Origin: Deltaproteobacteria bacterium
GTDB taxonomy: Bacteria > Myxococcota_A > Polyangia > Haliangiales > J016
Direction of reading: 5' to 3'
DNA: 64,000 bases
Assembly (NCBI GenBank): GCA_003696105.1
Contig: RFGE01000087.1
Location: 3,705-67,704 of the forward strand
A program made the translations under genes and the position numbers. Positions 13,792-22,944 of this stretch are shown here, piece by piece. The notes below the pieces were generated by a model. It was not told where the DNA came from and did no database searches. It worked only from the letters and a program-made list of their open reading frames with translations. Every line of letters begins with the position of its first letter. Positions within the stretch are counted from its first letter, which is position 1.

Positions 13792-14426
13792 TCGCCGAGT
13801 TCCGCGCCCGCCGCGCGGTCGCGATCATGCGCTGGCCGGACCGGCGCGTCGCGGCCGACGCGATGGCCGCGGCGGTGCGCGCCGGGTTTCGCCTCGTCGA
13901 GTTCACGCTCGGGACGGACGGCGCCCTCGACTTGATCGCGCAGTTCGCGGAGAACCCGGACTTGACGGTCGGCGCCGGAACGGTTCTGACCGCCGACGAG
14001 GTGCGGGCATGCGTCGACGCGGGCGCACAGTTCGTCGTGTCGCCGGTCGTGGATGTCGGCGTGATCGAACAAGCGGGGCGCCTCGGTGTCGCCGCCGTAC
14101 CCGGCGCCCACACGCCCACCGAGATGTGGACCGCGTACCGCGCCGGCGCCCCGATGCAGAAGCTGTTTCCCGCGGCCGCCGGCGGCCCGGAGGCGGTCCG
14201 CGCCATCCTCGGGCCGCTGCCGTGCCTGCGCATCGTGCCGACCAACGGCGTCACCGCCGCCAACGTGCGCGACTACCTCGATGCCGGCGCGTGGGCGTGC
14301 GGATTCGTCCGCGCGGTGTTCGATCCCGGCGCGATGGCCGCCCGCGACTTCGCCGCAGTGGAGCGCGCCGCCGCGGCGGTGATCGCGCAGGTCGCCGCCT
14401 GCCGCGGCGGCGGCGCGCCAGGGTGA
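13770..14426 (+). CDS. eda: KDPG / 4-hydroxy-2-oxoglutarate aldolase family protein
   Basis: Motifs AIMRW..., FRLVEFTL, GAGTVL, FVVSPV, VPGAHTPTE and KLFPA match the Eda-type TIM barrel. The GTG start overlaps the previous gene by 22 nt, so the exact start is uncertain. Confidence 0.75.
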   Translation: MRAADAVVAEFRARRAVAIMRWPDRRVAADAMAAAVRAGFRLVEFTLGTDGALDLIAQFAENPDLTVGAGTVLTADEVRACVDAGAQFVVSPVVDVGVIEQAGRLGVAAVPGAHTPTEMWTAYRAGAPMQKLFPAAAGGPEAVRAILGPLPCLRIVPTNGVTAANVRDYLDAGAWACGFVRAVFDPGAMAARDFAAVERAAAAVIAQVAACRGGGAPG

Positions 14427-14679
14427 CGCCGGCCGGCGCGCAGGGCAGCGCCCCGGGTGCGCGCGACCCGCGCCGCCGTGACGGATGGCTCCCGCGCGCG
14501 GCGGGTGCGCGACCGGCCCCGCCGCGGCGGGTGGCTGTCGGCGCGCACGCGCCCGCCGCGGCGGGGAGGACGTGTCGCGAAACGTAGGATGTCGCCCTCC
14601 ATCGCACCCCCGCCTGCGGATGGCGCAACCGATTGTTTTTACACAGTAAATCACTTTCATCTGGACACCGGCCGCGCAC

Positions 14680-15519
14680 TTGTGTCATGCCCCGACCATG
14701 CAGTGCGGGGGTTTCTGGATGGCGGCGGGCCTGACCGTCGTGGCGGGCGCGTGCTCGTTCGACCCGACGGCACCGGGCCTGCCCTCGCGCACCGGTCCCG
14801 ACGCGACCGCCGGCGGTGGCGACTCCGACGCCGGACTGCCCGACGCCGCAAGCCGGCCGCCCGCCGACGCGGAGCCGCCGCCGCCCGAGGAGGGCGTCGC
14901 CCGCAGCGTGCGCGGTACGCCTGACGTGTCGGACGCGCGGTTCGAGGAGTGGGCCGGCGTGCCGGCCTACGAGTTCCGGATGGGCGACGCGGCCGACTAC
15001 CACGGTCGCGCCGGCTACACGCCGTCGGCCCGGCTCACGTTCGCGTCGATGCACGACGACGAGCACGTCTACTTTGCGCTCCAGGTCACCGACGATCAGG
15101 TCGTCGAAGGCGGCTCCCCGTTGTGGACGTTCGATTCCGTCACCCTGTACCTGGATGCCGGCGGCGACCGCGCGGGGCAGTTGGGCGCCGACGATCACGA
15201 GATCACGATCGGCGCCAACGCCATGTACAGCGACTTCACGCCGAGCGATCCGAGGGCGAAGCTCTCCGGCACCGCGCGGCGCACGGCGGATGGCTATGCG
15301 CTCGAGATCGGCGTGCGCATCGATTCGCTCGCGGACGCGCCGATGCCGAGCACGATCGGGTTCGATATCGCGATCAACGACAACGACGGCAGCAGCGACG
15401 CGGCGTTCGGGCTGTGGTACGTCAATCCCGGTCCACACTGCGAAGACTGTTGCGAAGGTTGGTCCCACCCGGAGCCGTGGTGCGACACGACCGTGTTCGG
15501 CCGGCTGATCCTCGAGTGA
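14680..15519 (+). CDS. lipoprotein with carbohydrate-binding-family-9-like domain
   Basis: The lipobox is LTVVAGAC. HDDEHVYFALQVTDDQVV and GYALEIGVRIDSL...IGFDIAINDNDG resemble a CBM9/DOMON-like fold (from memory). Alternative starts are at 14698 and 14719. Confidence 0.6.
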   Translation: MCHAPTMQCGGFWMAAGLTVVAGACSFDPTAPGLPSRTGPDATAGGGDSDAGLPDAASRPPADAEPPPPEEGVARSVRGTPDVSDARFEEWAGVPAYEFRMGDAADYHGRAGYTPSARLTFASMHDDEHVYFALQVTDDQVVEGGSPLWTFDSVTLYLDAGGDRAGQLGADDHEITIGANAMYSDFTPSDPRAKLSGTARRTADGYALEIGVRIDSLADAPMPSTIGFDIAINDNDGSSDAAFGLWYVNPGPHCEDCCEGWSHPEPWCDTTVFGRLILE

Positions 15520-15526
15520 CGTCGCG

Positions 15527-16399
15527 TCAACGCGACGCGGCCATCCCCTCCCGCCAGGTCGGGTAGCGCAGCGCGACCCCCAGCTCGCGCTTGAGGCGCC
15601 GGTTCGATACGCGGCGGTTGGCGGTGAGCATCGCCGCGATCGTCGGATCGACCTCGCCGACCGGCACACGCGGCGGCGGCGGTACGCCGAGGCGGCGCGC
15701 CACCTCCGCGGCGACGACGGCAGACGGCGCGGGTTCGTCGTCGCACACGTTGTAGATACGCCGCGGCAGCCGCGCGATCGTTCCTGCCGCAACGATCGCA
15801 GACACCAGATCGTCGACGTGAATGCGACACACGAACGTGTCGCCGTCGCCTACGATGCGGTATGTGCCAGCCGCCAGCCGCGCCGCGATCCCGCGCCCCG
15901 GCCCGTAGATGCCGGCCGCTCGCAGCGCGACCGCATCGACGCCGGCCTCGGCCGCCGCATCCAGCACGGCGGTCTCCGCGGCGAGGCGCAACCGGCCGCG
16001 CTCCGACGCCGGCGCCGGCGGCGTGTCCTCGTCCATCCATGCGCCATCGGCTGACGGCGGGTAGACGCCGGTAGACGACACGTAGACGATGCGCGCCGCG
16101 CCCGCGGCCGCGGCGACGGCGACCGCGCGGCGCTCGGCCTCCGGGCTCGCCGGCCCCGGCGGCGCCAACATCGCGACGACCGCGCCCGGCTCGATCGCGT
16201 TCGCCAGTCCGCCGGCCTCCGCCAGGTCGACCGCGACCGCGCGCGCGGCCGGTCCCAGTGGCGCAGCGACCGATCGCGCCGCGTCGCGCTCGCGCCGAGT
16301 GACGACGACGCGCGAGCCGCCGGCCACCAGCCGGCGCGCGAGCCGCGCTCCCGTGTAGCCGGCGCCGACGACGGTCCAATCTTTGCCCAGCGCGCACAC
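15527..16399 (-). CDS. NAD(P)-binding epimerase/dehydratase-like (atypical SDR) protein
   Basis: 290 aa with a GTG start. A Rossmann motif [15 protein letters not shown] is present, plus [11 protein letters not shown] and a C-terminal substrate domain. Confidence 0.75.
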   Translation of the reverse strand: MCALGKDWTVVGAGYTGARLARRLVAGGSRVVVTRRERDAARSVAAPLGPAARAVAVDLAEAGGLANAIEPGAVVAMLAPPGPASPEAERRAVAVAAAAGAARIVYVSSTGVYPPSADGAWMDEDTPPAPASERGRLRLAAETAVLDAAAEAGVDAVALRAAGIYGPGRGIAARLAAGTYRIVGDGDTFVCRIHVDDLVSAIVAAGTIARLPRRIYNVCDDEPAPSAVVAAEVARRLGVPPPPRVPVGEVDPTIAAMLTANRRVSNRRLKRELGVALRYPTWREGMAASR

Positions 16400-16422
16400 C
16401 GCAGGCTACGATCTTACGGCCG

Positions 16423-17883
16423 ATGACGGTACGTGCCCACGGATCGACCGGCCGCCCGAGGGCGACCGCGGGCCGATCCCGCGTCCGGTCCACCGCGCGG
16501 TGGTCGCTCTCCGCGTGGCTGGTCGGCTGCTGTGTCGCGTGCGCCGCGCCGGAGCCGCCCAGCGCCCCGCCGCGCCCGCGCGCGACCGGCCCCGCCCGCA
16601 CGGCGGTGCCCGCGTTCTCGGCCACGTACCTGCTCACGTGGAACGGCCGGCGCATCGGTCGCGCCACCGAAACGCTGCAGGCCACCGAGGCCGGCTACGA
16701 TCTGCGACGCACCGAGACGATCGCCATACGGCGCGGCGCAGAGTCGGTCACCCTGCGGACCGCGCTGCACATCGCGCTCGACGCCGATCTCGACCCCGTG
16801 TCGGTTCAGGTCACGCGCGACGGCGAGGGGCCCACGCTCGTCGGCCGCGCGCATCGCACTCCGACCGGCTGGAGCGCGACGTTCGCCGGCACCGCCGCCG
16901 GCCCGATCCCGCCGGACGCGATCCCGCTCGAGGTGCTGCCGCTGCGCCTCGCACGCCAGCCGCGCTACCAGGGGCCCGTCATGTTGCCCGGCTACGGGTT
17001 CGCCACCGGCGACGTCTACTCGCGTCCCGACGGCGACCGCGCCGCGGTCGTATCGCTGGTCGTGCCGACGGGCGTGCTCACCCAGCGCGTCGAACTGGAC
17101 CCGCGCGGCGGGCTCGCGCGCGTGACCGCGCCGGGCGGCGTCGAGTCGCGCCGCGTCGCGCCGGCCGACGCCGAGCTTCCGTTCGACCCACCCGACGTGG
17201 TGGCCGCGGCCGCGATCCCGGTCGCGGGCCGCCCGCCGGTCGACGACGACATCATTCGCCTCCGCATCGCCGGCGTCACGGCACCGCCGCCGCGCCCGCT
17301 TCCGGGCCAACTCGTGCTCGCCCGCGACGACGGCTGGGACGTCACGCTCGCGGCGGGATTCGCGCAGGCCGATGTGGAGGCCGCCCTCGCGACGCACGCG
17401 ACGGGTCGCGCACCCGACGGCGCCGGCGCGATCGCGGCAGCCATCGTCGAGGAAGCGGGTGCGGCCACCCCGATGGACGAAGTGCGCGCGCTCGCGCGCT
17501 ACACGGACCGGTTCATCGCCGACGACCTCGGCTCGCCGACGGTCGACGCCCGCGCGGCGTTCGCGCTCGGTCGCGGCGACTGCACGGCGCACGCCGCGGT
17601 GTTCGCCGCGCTCGGCCAGGCGCGACACATCGACGTGCGGCTGGTGACCGGCTACCGGCTCACCGACACCGACGAAGGTTGGCGCCTCGTCCGCCACCGC
17701 TGGGCGATCGCGCGGGTCGACGGCCGCTGGCTGCCCGTGGACCCGACCTACGGCGAAGCGCCCGCGCGCGCCGTCCTGCTCGGACTCGCCGTCCACGGCG
17801 CCGCCCCCGCCGACATCGCCGTGGTCGACGAGGTCGCGTTCGCGGGGCTGCGCGGTGCGCGCGCGCACTTCGCGTCGCGCTAG
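16423..17883 (+). CDS. transglutaminase-like cysteine-peptidase-fold protein
   Basis: 486 aa. The C-terminal core GRGDCTAHAAVFAALGQ...HRWAIARVDGRWLPVDPT shows the Cys-His-Asp pattern. The N-terminus has a signal or lipobox-like WLVGCC. Confidence 0.75.
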   Translation: MTVRAHGSTGRPRATAGRSRVRSTARWSLSAWLVGCCVACAAPEPPSAPPRPRATGPARTAVPAFSATYLLTWNGRRIGRATETLQATEAGYDLRRTETIAIRRGAESVTLRTALHIALDADLDPVSVQVTRDGEGPTLVGRAHRTPTGWSATFAGTAAGPIPPDAIPLEVLPLRLARQPRYQGPVMLPGYGFATGDVYSRPDGDRAAVVSLVVPTGVLTQRVELDPRGGLARVTAPGGVESRRVAPADAELPFDPPDVVAAAAIPVAGRPPVDDDIIRLRIAGVTAPPPRPLPGQLVLARDDGWDVTLAAGFAQADVEAALATHATGRAPDGAGAIAAAIVEEAGAATPMDEVRALARYTDRFIADDLGSPTVDARAAFALGRGDCTAHAAVFAALGQARHIDVRLVTGYRLTDTDEGWRLVRHRWAIARVDGRWLPVDPTYGEAPARAVLLGLAVHGAAPADIAVVDEVAFAGLRGARAHFASR

Positions 17884-17892
17884 CGGGGGCCG

Positions 17893-18651
17893 TCACCGCC
17901 CGGCCGTCCGCCCGGTCCACTGCTCGTAGTGCGCAACGCGCTGCTTGAGCGCCTCGATGTCCTCGCCGGCGCGCGCGCGCGCCTCCGCGGCGACGACGAG
18001 CAGTCCCATCGCCGCCTGCAGCAACCGCCCGCCCGGCAGCGGCAAGTTGGCGCCGTGCTGCGCGTAGTCGCGCACTTCGTCGATGCGAAACGCGACGGAG
18101 CCGACGTGCAGATAGCCGCCGTCGACGTACACGACGTCGCTGCCGACCATCAGGCCGCGCTCGAGTTCGCGCCGCGCCTCGCGGTCGCCCGCGCCGCGCG
18201 CGTGCGCTTCGAGGCGGCGCCGCGCGTCCTCGTACACGTCCGGGCGCGTGATCGGTGCGTTGCGCGTGTACGGCTTGAGATGATCGGCGATCCGCTTGGC
18301 CGCCTCGGGGCCGTCGGCGACGTGCAGCGCGACGTCGAGATCTCCGAGCGACAGCAACAAATCGCGCGACCGCTTGCGCCGCCGTGCCTCGCGCCACCGT
18401 TCCTGCGCGAGATACGCCAGGCCGATACACGCAAAGATGCCCCCCGGAATGTAGGAAAGCGCTCCGGCGACCACGCCCGTCGCGGCGGCGCCAGCCATCA
18501 CGAGCGGGGCCGTCGGCGACTGCCCGATCAGCTCGACGCGGTCGAGCAAGCGGGCGTCGAGCCGGATGACCGGGTTGCCCGGCGGCGCGATCACCAAAAA
18601 CGGGCCGTCCACTCCGATCCCGCTTCGCGGTAGCAATCCTGTCCGAGCCAC
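17893..18651 (-). CDS. hypothetical membrane protein
   Basis: 252 aa. A central hydrophobic pair (APLVMAGAAATGVVAGALSYIPGGIFACIGLAYLA) is flanked by soluble regions. The gene sits 21 nt downstream of the DUF4388-like gene on the same strand. Confidence 0.55.
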   Translation of the reverse strand: MARTGLLPRSGIGVDGPFLVIAPPGNPVIRLDARLLDRVELIGQSPTAPLVMAGAAATGVVAGALSYIPGGIFACIGLAYLAQERWREARRRKRSRDLLLSLGDLDVALHVADGPEAAKRIADHLKPYTRNAPITRPDVYEDARRRLEAHARGAGDREARRELERGLMVGSDVVYVDGGYLHVGSVAFRIDEVRDYAQHGANLPLPGGRLLQAAMGLLVVAAEARARAGEDIEALKQRVAHYEQWTGRTAGR

Positions 18652-18672
18652 GGCGTTCCGATGCAGGGGACG

Positions 18673-19782
18673 TTACAGCGAGATGATACCCCGGTCGGCG
18701 AGGCGCTTGATGGCGAGCAGCGCGTCGACGTCGCGCAGCGGGCTAATCCGCATCAACGACAGCAGATCCCACCGGCCGTCGATCCGGTCGGCCATGTCCT
18801 TTTCCGCTTGCGTCATGTCGATCGCGCTGAGTTCCTCTTTCGTCTTTAGCAGCTTCGGCACGCGAAAGCTCGACAGAAGCGAGCGCGACAGCTCTGCGAA
18901 TACGCTTCGCTCGATCTCCGCGCGCAGCGCGTTGAGATCCTCGTCGTCCGGGCTCTCGGCCAGCGCCGCCATCACCAACTCCAGCGCGCCGACGCGATCG
19001 CCGCCCGCGGCACGTCCGCGCGCCGCGCGCGCCACATCGGCCGCGCTCGCCAGCGCGGCGGGACGGGACGGCCGGCGTCGGTCGATGGCGGCGGCCCCGG
19101 ACTCGACCAGCCGCGCGAGCGCGTCGAGCGTGTCGAACCGGAAGTGGGGCCGCGCGCGCACGATGTCGCCGATCGTCTTGCCCTCGTCCACCGCGGCGAC
19201 GAGATCGGCCGCCGCGTCGCCGACCGCGTCGCGCCGCACCAGCCACAACCGGGCCCCCTCGTCGTCCCCCAGGGCCGTCTCGATCGCCCGCCACCGCGGC
19301 GCGCGCTCGCGGCCCGCCTCGATCGCGTCGCGCAGATTCACGGATACCGCGTACTCCGACGCCGCGCGTGAACCCACGTCCGGCTCGAACGCGAACACGC
19401 CGTCGGGCCACGCCAGCGTGTCGGCCACCGCCTCCCGAATGAGCGCGTGCAGCGTGCGGTCGAGGGTCGCCGCGTCCACCGCGCCGACCATCAGAAGGAT
19501 CTTGCCGAGTCGCACGCCGGTGTCGGCCTGGACCCTGAACGCCTCGGCGAGTTGGTCCGCGGTGACGAGTCCGCGCACGCGGAGCTGGTGGCCGAGTTGC
19601 TCGGCCGGGTGGTTCGAGTCGGTGCGCGTGACGTAGCCCGAGTCGAAGTGAAACGACCGCGTGGCGGCGCCGCGCTCGACCGTCAACGTCCCGCACGCGA
19701 ACCGGCGGTCGATCCAGTCGAGGACGTCCTCCACGGGCATCGTTCGCAGCGAACCCCTCAGCGACATCCGACCTTGGAGCAT
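18673..19782 (-). CDS. DUF4388-like domain protein
   Basis: 369 aa. The N-terminus LRGSLRTMPVEDVLDWIDRRFACGTLTVERGAATRSFHFDSGYV matches the DUF4388 pattern as I recall it (G-L--- -L-D-LQ ... G-L). Confidence 0.65.
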   Translation of the reverse strand: MLQGRMSLRGSLRTMPVEDVLDWIDRRFACGTLTVERGAATRSFHFDSGYVTRTDSNHPAEQLGHQLRVRGLVTADQLAEAFRVQADTGVRLGKILLMVGAVDAATLDRTLHALIREAVADTLAWPDGVFAFEPDVGSRAASEYAVSVNLRDAIEAGRERAPRWRAIETALGDDEGARLWLVRRDAVGDAAADLVAAVDEGKTIGDIVRARPHFRFDTLDALARLVESGAAAIDRRRPSRPAALASAADVARAARGRAAGGDRVGALELVMAALAESPDDEDLNALRAEIERSVFAELSRSLLSSFRVPKLLKTKEELSAIDMTQAEKDMADRIDGRWDLLSLMRISPLRDVDALLAIKRLADRGIISL

Positions 19783-19817
19783 ACCGGAAAGTCGGCTACG
19801 ATCACCGCGGTTATCCG

Positions 19818-20066
19818 ATGGTAACCGTCGAGATTTACAGCAAACCCGACTGCTGCCTGTGCGACGAGGCCAAGCGCGTGCTCGAGGCCGTGCGGCGCGA
19901 CGTGCCCTTCGAGCTACGCGAGGTGAACATCGCCGGCGACCCGGAGCGCCTCGCCGCCTACGGACAGGAGATTCCGGTCGTGTTCATCGGCGGCCGCAAG
20001 GCGTTCAAGTACCGGGTCGACGAGCGCGAGTTGCGCCGCCGGCTGCAGCGAGAGGTCGCACGCTGA
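19818..20066 (+). CDS. glutaredoxin-like small protein
   Basis: 82 aa. VEIYSKPDCCLCDEAK carries a CxxC, and IPVVFIGG gives a thioredoxin-fold layout. Confidence 0.75.
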   Translation: MVTVEIYSKPDCCLCDEAKRVLEAVRRDVPFELREVNIAGDPERLAAYGQEIPVVFIGGRKAFKYRVDERELRRRLQREVAR

Positions 20067-20752
20067 TGTCGACCTCCGCGAAACGAGCGGCCGCGGCGAC
20101 CGCGACCGTCGCGATCGCCGGGTTCCTCATCGTCCGTTTCGTCCTGATGTTGGACGACGCGGTCGCGCGAGAAGAAGCGGCCGCGTGCACCGCTTTGCGT
20201 CCGTCCCCGCCGAACGACGCGTTCCGCGACCACCCGCTCGGCGACTTCCCGATTCCGGCGCCCGACTTCGCCGCGCAAGACGTCGACGGGAACATGCGCC
20301 GGCTGTCGGACTTCCGCGGTCAGGTCGTCTTTCTCAACTTCTGGGCGCCGTGGTGCCCGCCGTGTCGCGAGGAAGTCCCGTCGATCGAGCAGCTTCAGCG
20401 CGAACTCGGCGACGAGCCGTTCGTCGTACTGGCGCTGGCGTCGTCGCGCGACTGGCCATCGGTCTTGGTGGACTTCCCCGAGGGCACGCCCATGACCGTG
20501 CTCCTCGACCCGCCGGCGTCGGAGGACGAGCAAATCGGCAAGATCGCGCGCGCATACGGCGTTCCCGCGCTGCCGGAGACGTTCGTCATCGACAAACAGG
20601 GCTATATCCGCCACTACTTCGTCAACAAGCGGGACTGGAAGTCCGACATCGCGGTAACGTGCCTGCGTTCGCTGATCGAGGAGAAGGACACGCTGCCATG
20701 GCTAAGATCTTGGTTGTGGACGATGAGCCAGACATCCTCCGGGTCGTCGTGA
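20066..20752 (+). CDS. membrane-anchored TlpA/ResA-like thiol-disulfide oxidoreductase
   Basis: The ATG overlaps the preceding TGA (TGATG). An N-terminal TM segment (VAIAGFLIVRFVLML) is present, with FWAPWCPPCREE (WCxxC) and ALPETFVID. The 3' tail overlaps the next gene by 55 nt. Confidence 0.75.
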   Translation: MSTSAKRAAAATATVAIAGFLIVRFVLMLDDAVAREEAAACTALRPSPPNDAFRDHPLGDFPIPAPDFAAQDVDGNMRRLSDFRGQVVFLNFWAPWCPPCREEVPSIEQLQRELGDEPFVVLALASSRDWPSVLVDFPEGTPMTVLLDPPASEDEQIGKIARAYGVPALPETFVIDKQGYIRHYFVNKRDWKSDIAVTCLRSLIEEKDTLPWLRSWLWTMSQTSSGSS

Positions 20753-21087
20753 AGATCATGGAATCGCGCGGTCACACCGTGACCACCGCGAAGGACGGCG
20801 TGCGCGCGCTCGAATTGGCGGAGAGCGAGCAGCCCGACGTGGTCATCTTGGACGTGAACCTGCCCAAGAAAGACGGCTTCGAGGTGTGCCGAGAACTCAA
20901 GAGCCGCGAGTCGACCCAGCACATCCCGGTCGTGATGATGACGGCGGCGTACGTGTCGGTGGAGGACGCGGAAAAGGGCACCGAACTCGGCGCCGACGAA
21001 TACGTGATCAAGCCGTTTCTGCGCGAAGTGCTCATCCACAACGTCGAACGGCTGTTGCCCGACGCCGCCAGGGCCGACAACGGCTGA
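20698..21087 (+). CDS. single-domain CheY-like response regulator
   Basis: MAKILVVDDEPDI..PDVVILDVNLPKKDG..VMMTA..KPF shows all canonical receiver residues. The product is 129 aa. Confidence 0.9.
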   Translation: MAKILVVDDEPDILRVVVKIMESRGHTVTTAKDGVRALELAESEQPDVVILDVNLPKKDGFEVCRELKSRESTQHIPVVMMTAAYVSVEDAEKGTELGADEYVIKPFLREVLIHNVERLLPDAARADNG

Positions 21088-21222
21088 CCGACGCCGGCCC
21101 ACGGCGCGGAGTGGTCGTGCCGCGGGTACGGCACCTGTGGCCGACCGGCCGGCGACGAGCGCGCGCGTCGTCGGCGCTCCGGCGAGATGGCCTCGAGGAC
21201 ACCCTCGCGCCGCCGGGGGCGA

Positions 21223-22155
<933 letters not shown>

Positions 22156-22206
22156 ATCGCATTCTGCGGGAACTCGCCAGCCTCGTCGGCCGGCGGCAGA
22201 CCCGAG

Positions 22207-22944
22207 TCACGCGCCGGTGCGCAGCCCGATCGCCCATCCCCCGTCGATCGCCTCGACCGTCGCCGATGCGGCGGCAGCCAGCGACGCCAGCGCCGCGACC
22301 TGCCCGGCGTGCCACGCGGCGTCCGGGTCGCCGTCGTGGCGAATCGTCACCACCACGCCGTCCGCCGCTCGCCGGGACGACAGCGTGATCGCGTGCGGCT
22401 CGCGCTCGGCCGCGGCGATGATCAGACGCGCGCACAACAGCAGCAGACGGCCTTCCGCGCCGCGCACGACCGGGACCGCGCCGAAATCGGCAAACACTTC
22501 ACAGCCGGCCGAGACACGGTAGCGCGCAAGGTTGAGCGCCGCGTCGAGCGTCTTGTTGACGTCGATCGCGACCATCGCCTCGGGGGCGGCTCCGGCCGCT
22601 TGCGCCAACTCGCCGGCCAGCCGCGCCGCGCGCCGCGACATCAGGTACGCCTCGGCGACTCGTTCGCGCAACACGCCGACCTGTTCCCACGAGTAGGGCG
22701 TCGGACCTTTCGCGCGAGCGACGTGATGATCGAGTTCGTCCACGATGACCGCGAGCCTCTCGCGCAGTTCGCGAATCGGCCGCGCCAACTCCGCGGCCAC
22801 TCCACCGGCGAGCAAACCGGCGATCGCCAGCACGCCCGCGTCGGACACCGTCCCCCGAGCCTCCCCTGCCGCGGCCGCCGGAGCGTCCACGTCCGGCGCC
22901 GGCGGCTCTGCGCGCGGCGGTATGCGCCCGCTGTCGTCGCTCAT
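22207..22944 (-). CDS. degenerate histidine-kinase-like protein (no phospho-His, degenerate N box)
   Basis: 245 aa. AGGVAAELARPI sits where an H-box (AH-E---P-) is expected, with His replaced by Ala. RLLLLCARLIIAAAE is in place of the N box. IRHDGDPD and GGWAIGL are remnants of the G boxes. There is a 4-nt overlap with the upstream gene. Confidence 0.5.
   Translation of the reverse strand: MSDDSGRIPPRAEPPAPDVDAPAAAAGEARGTVSDAGVLAIAGLLAGGVAAELARPIRELRERLAVIVDELDHHVARAKGPTPYSWEQVGVLRERVAEAYLMSRRAARLAGELAQAAGAAPEAMVAIDVNKTLDAALNLARYRVSAGCEVFADFGAVPVVRGAEGRLLLLCARLIIAAAEREPHAITLSSRRAADGVVVTIRHDGDPDAAWHAGQVAALASLAAAASATVEAIDGGWAIGLRTGA

Noticed and set aside
21117-21134. GTGCCG-cgggta-CGGCAC hairpin between the convergent CheY and COG0523 genes
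   Set aside because: The reason is the same: a short stem, no flanking T-run, and it cannot be distinguished from background.
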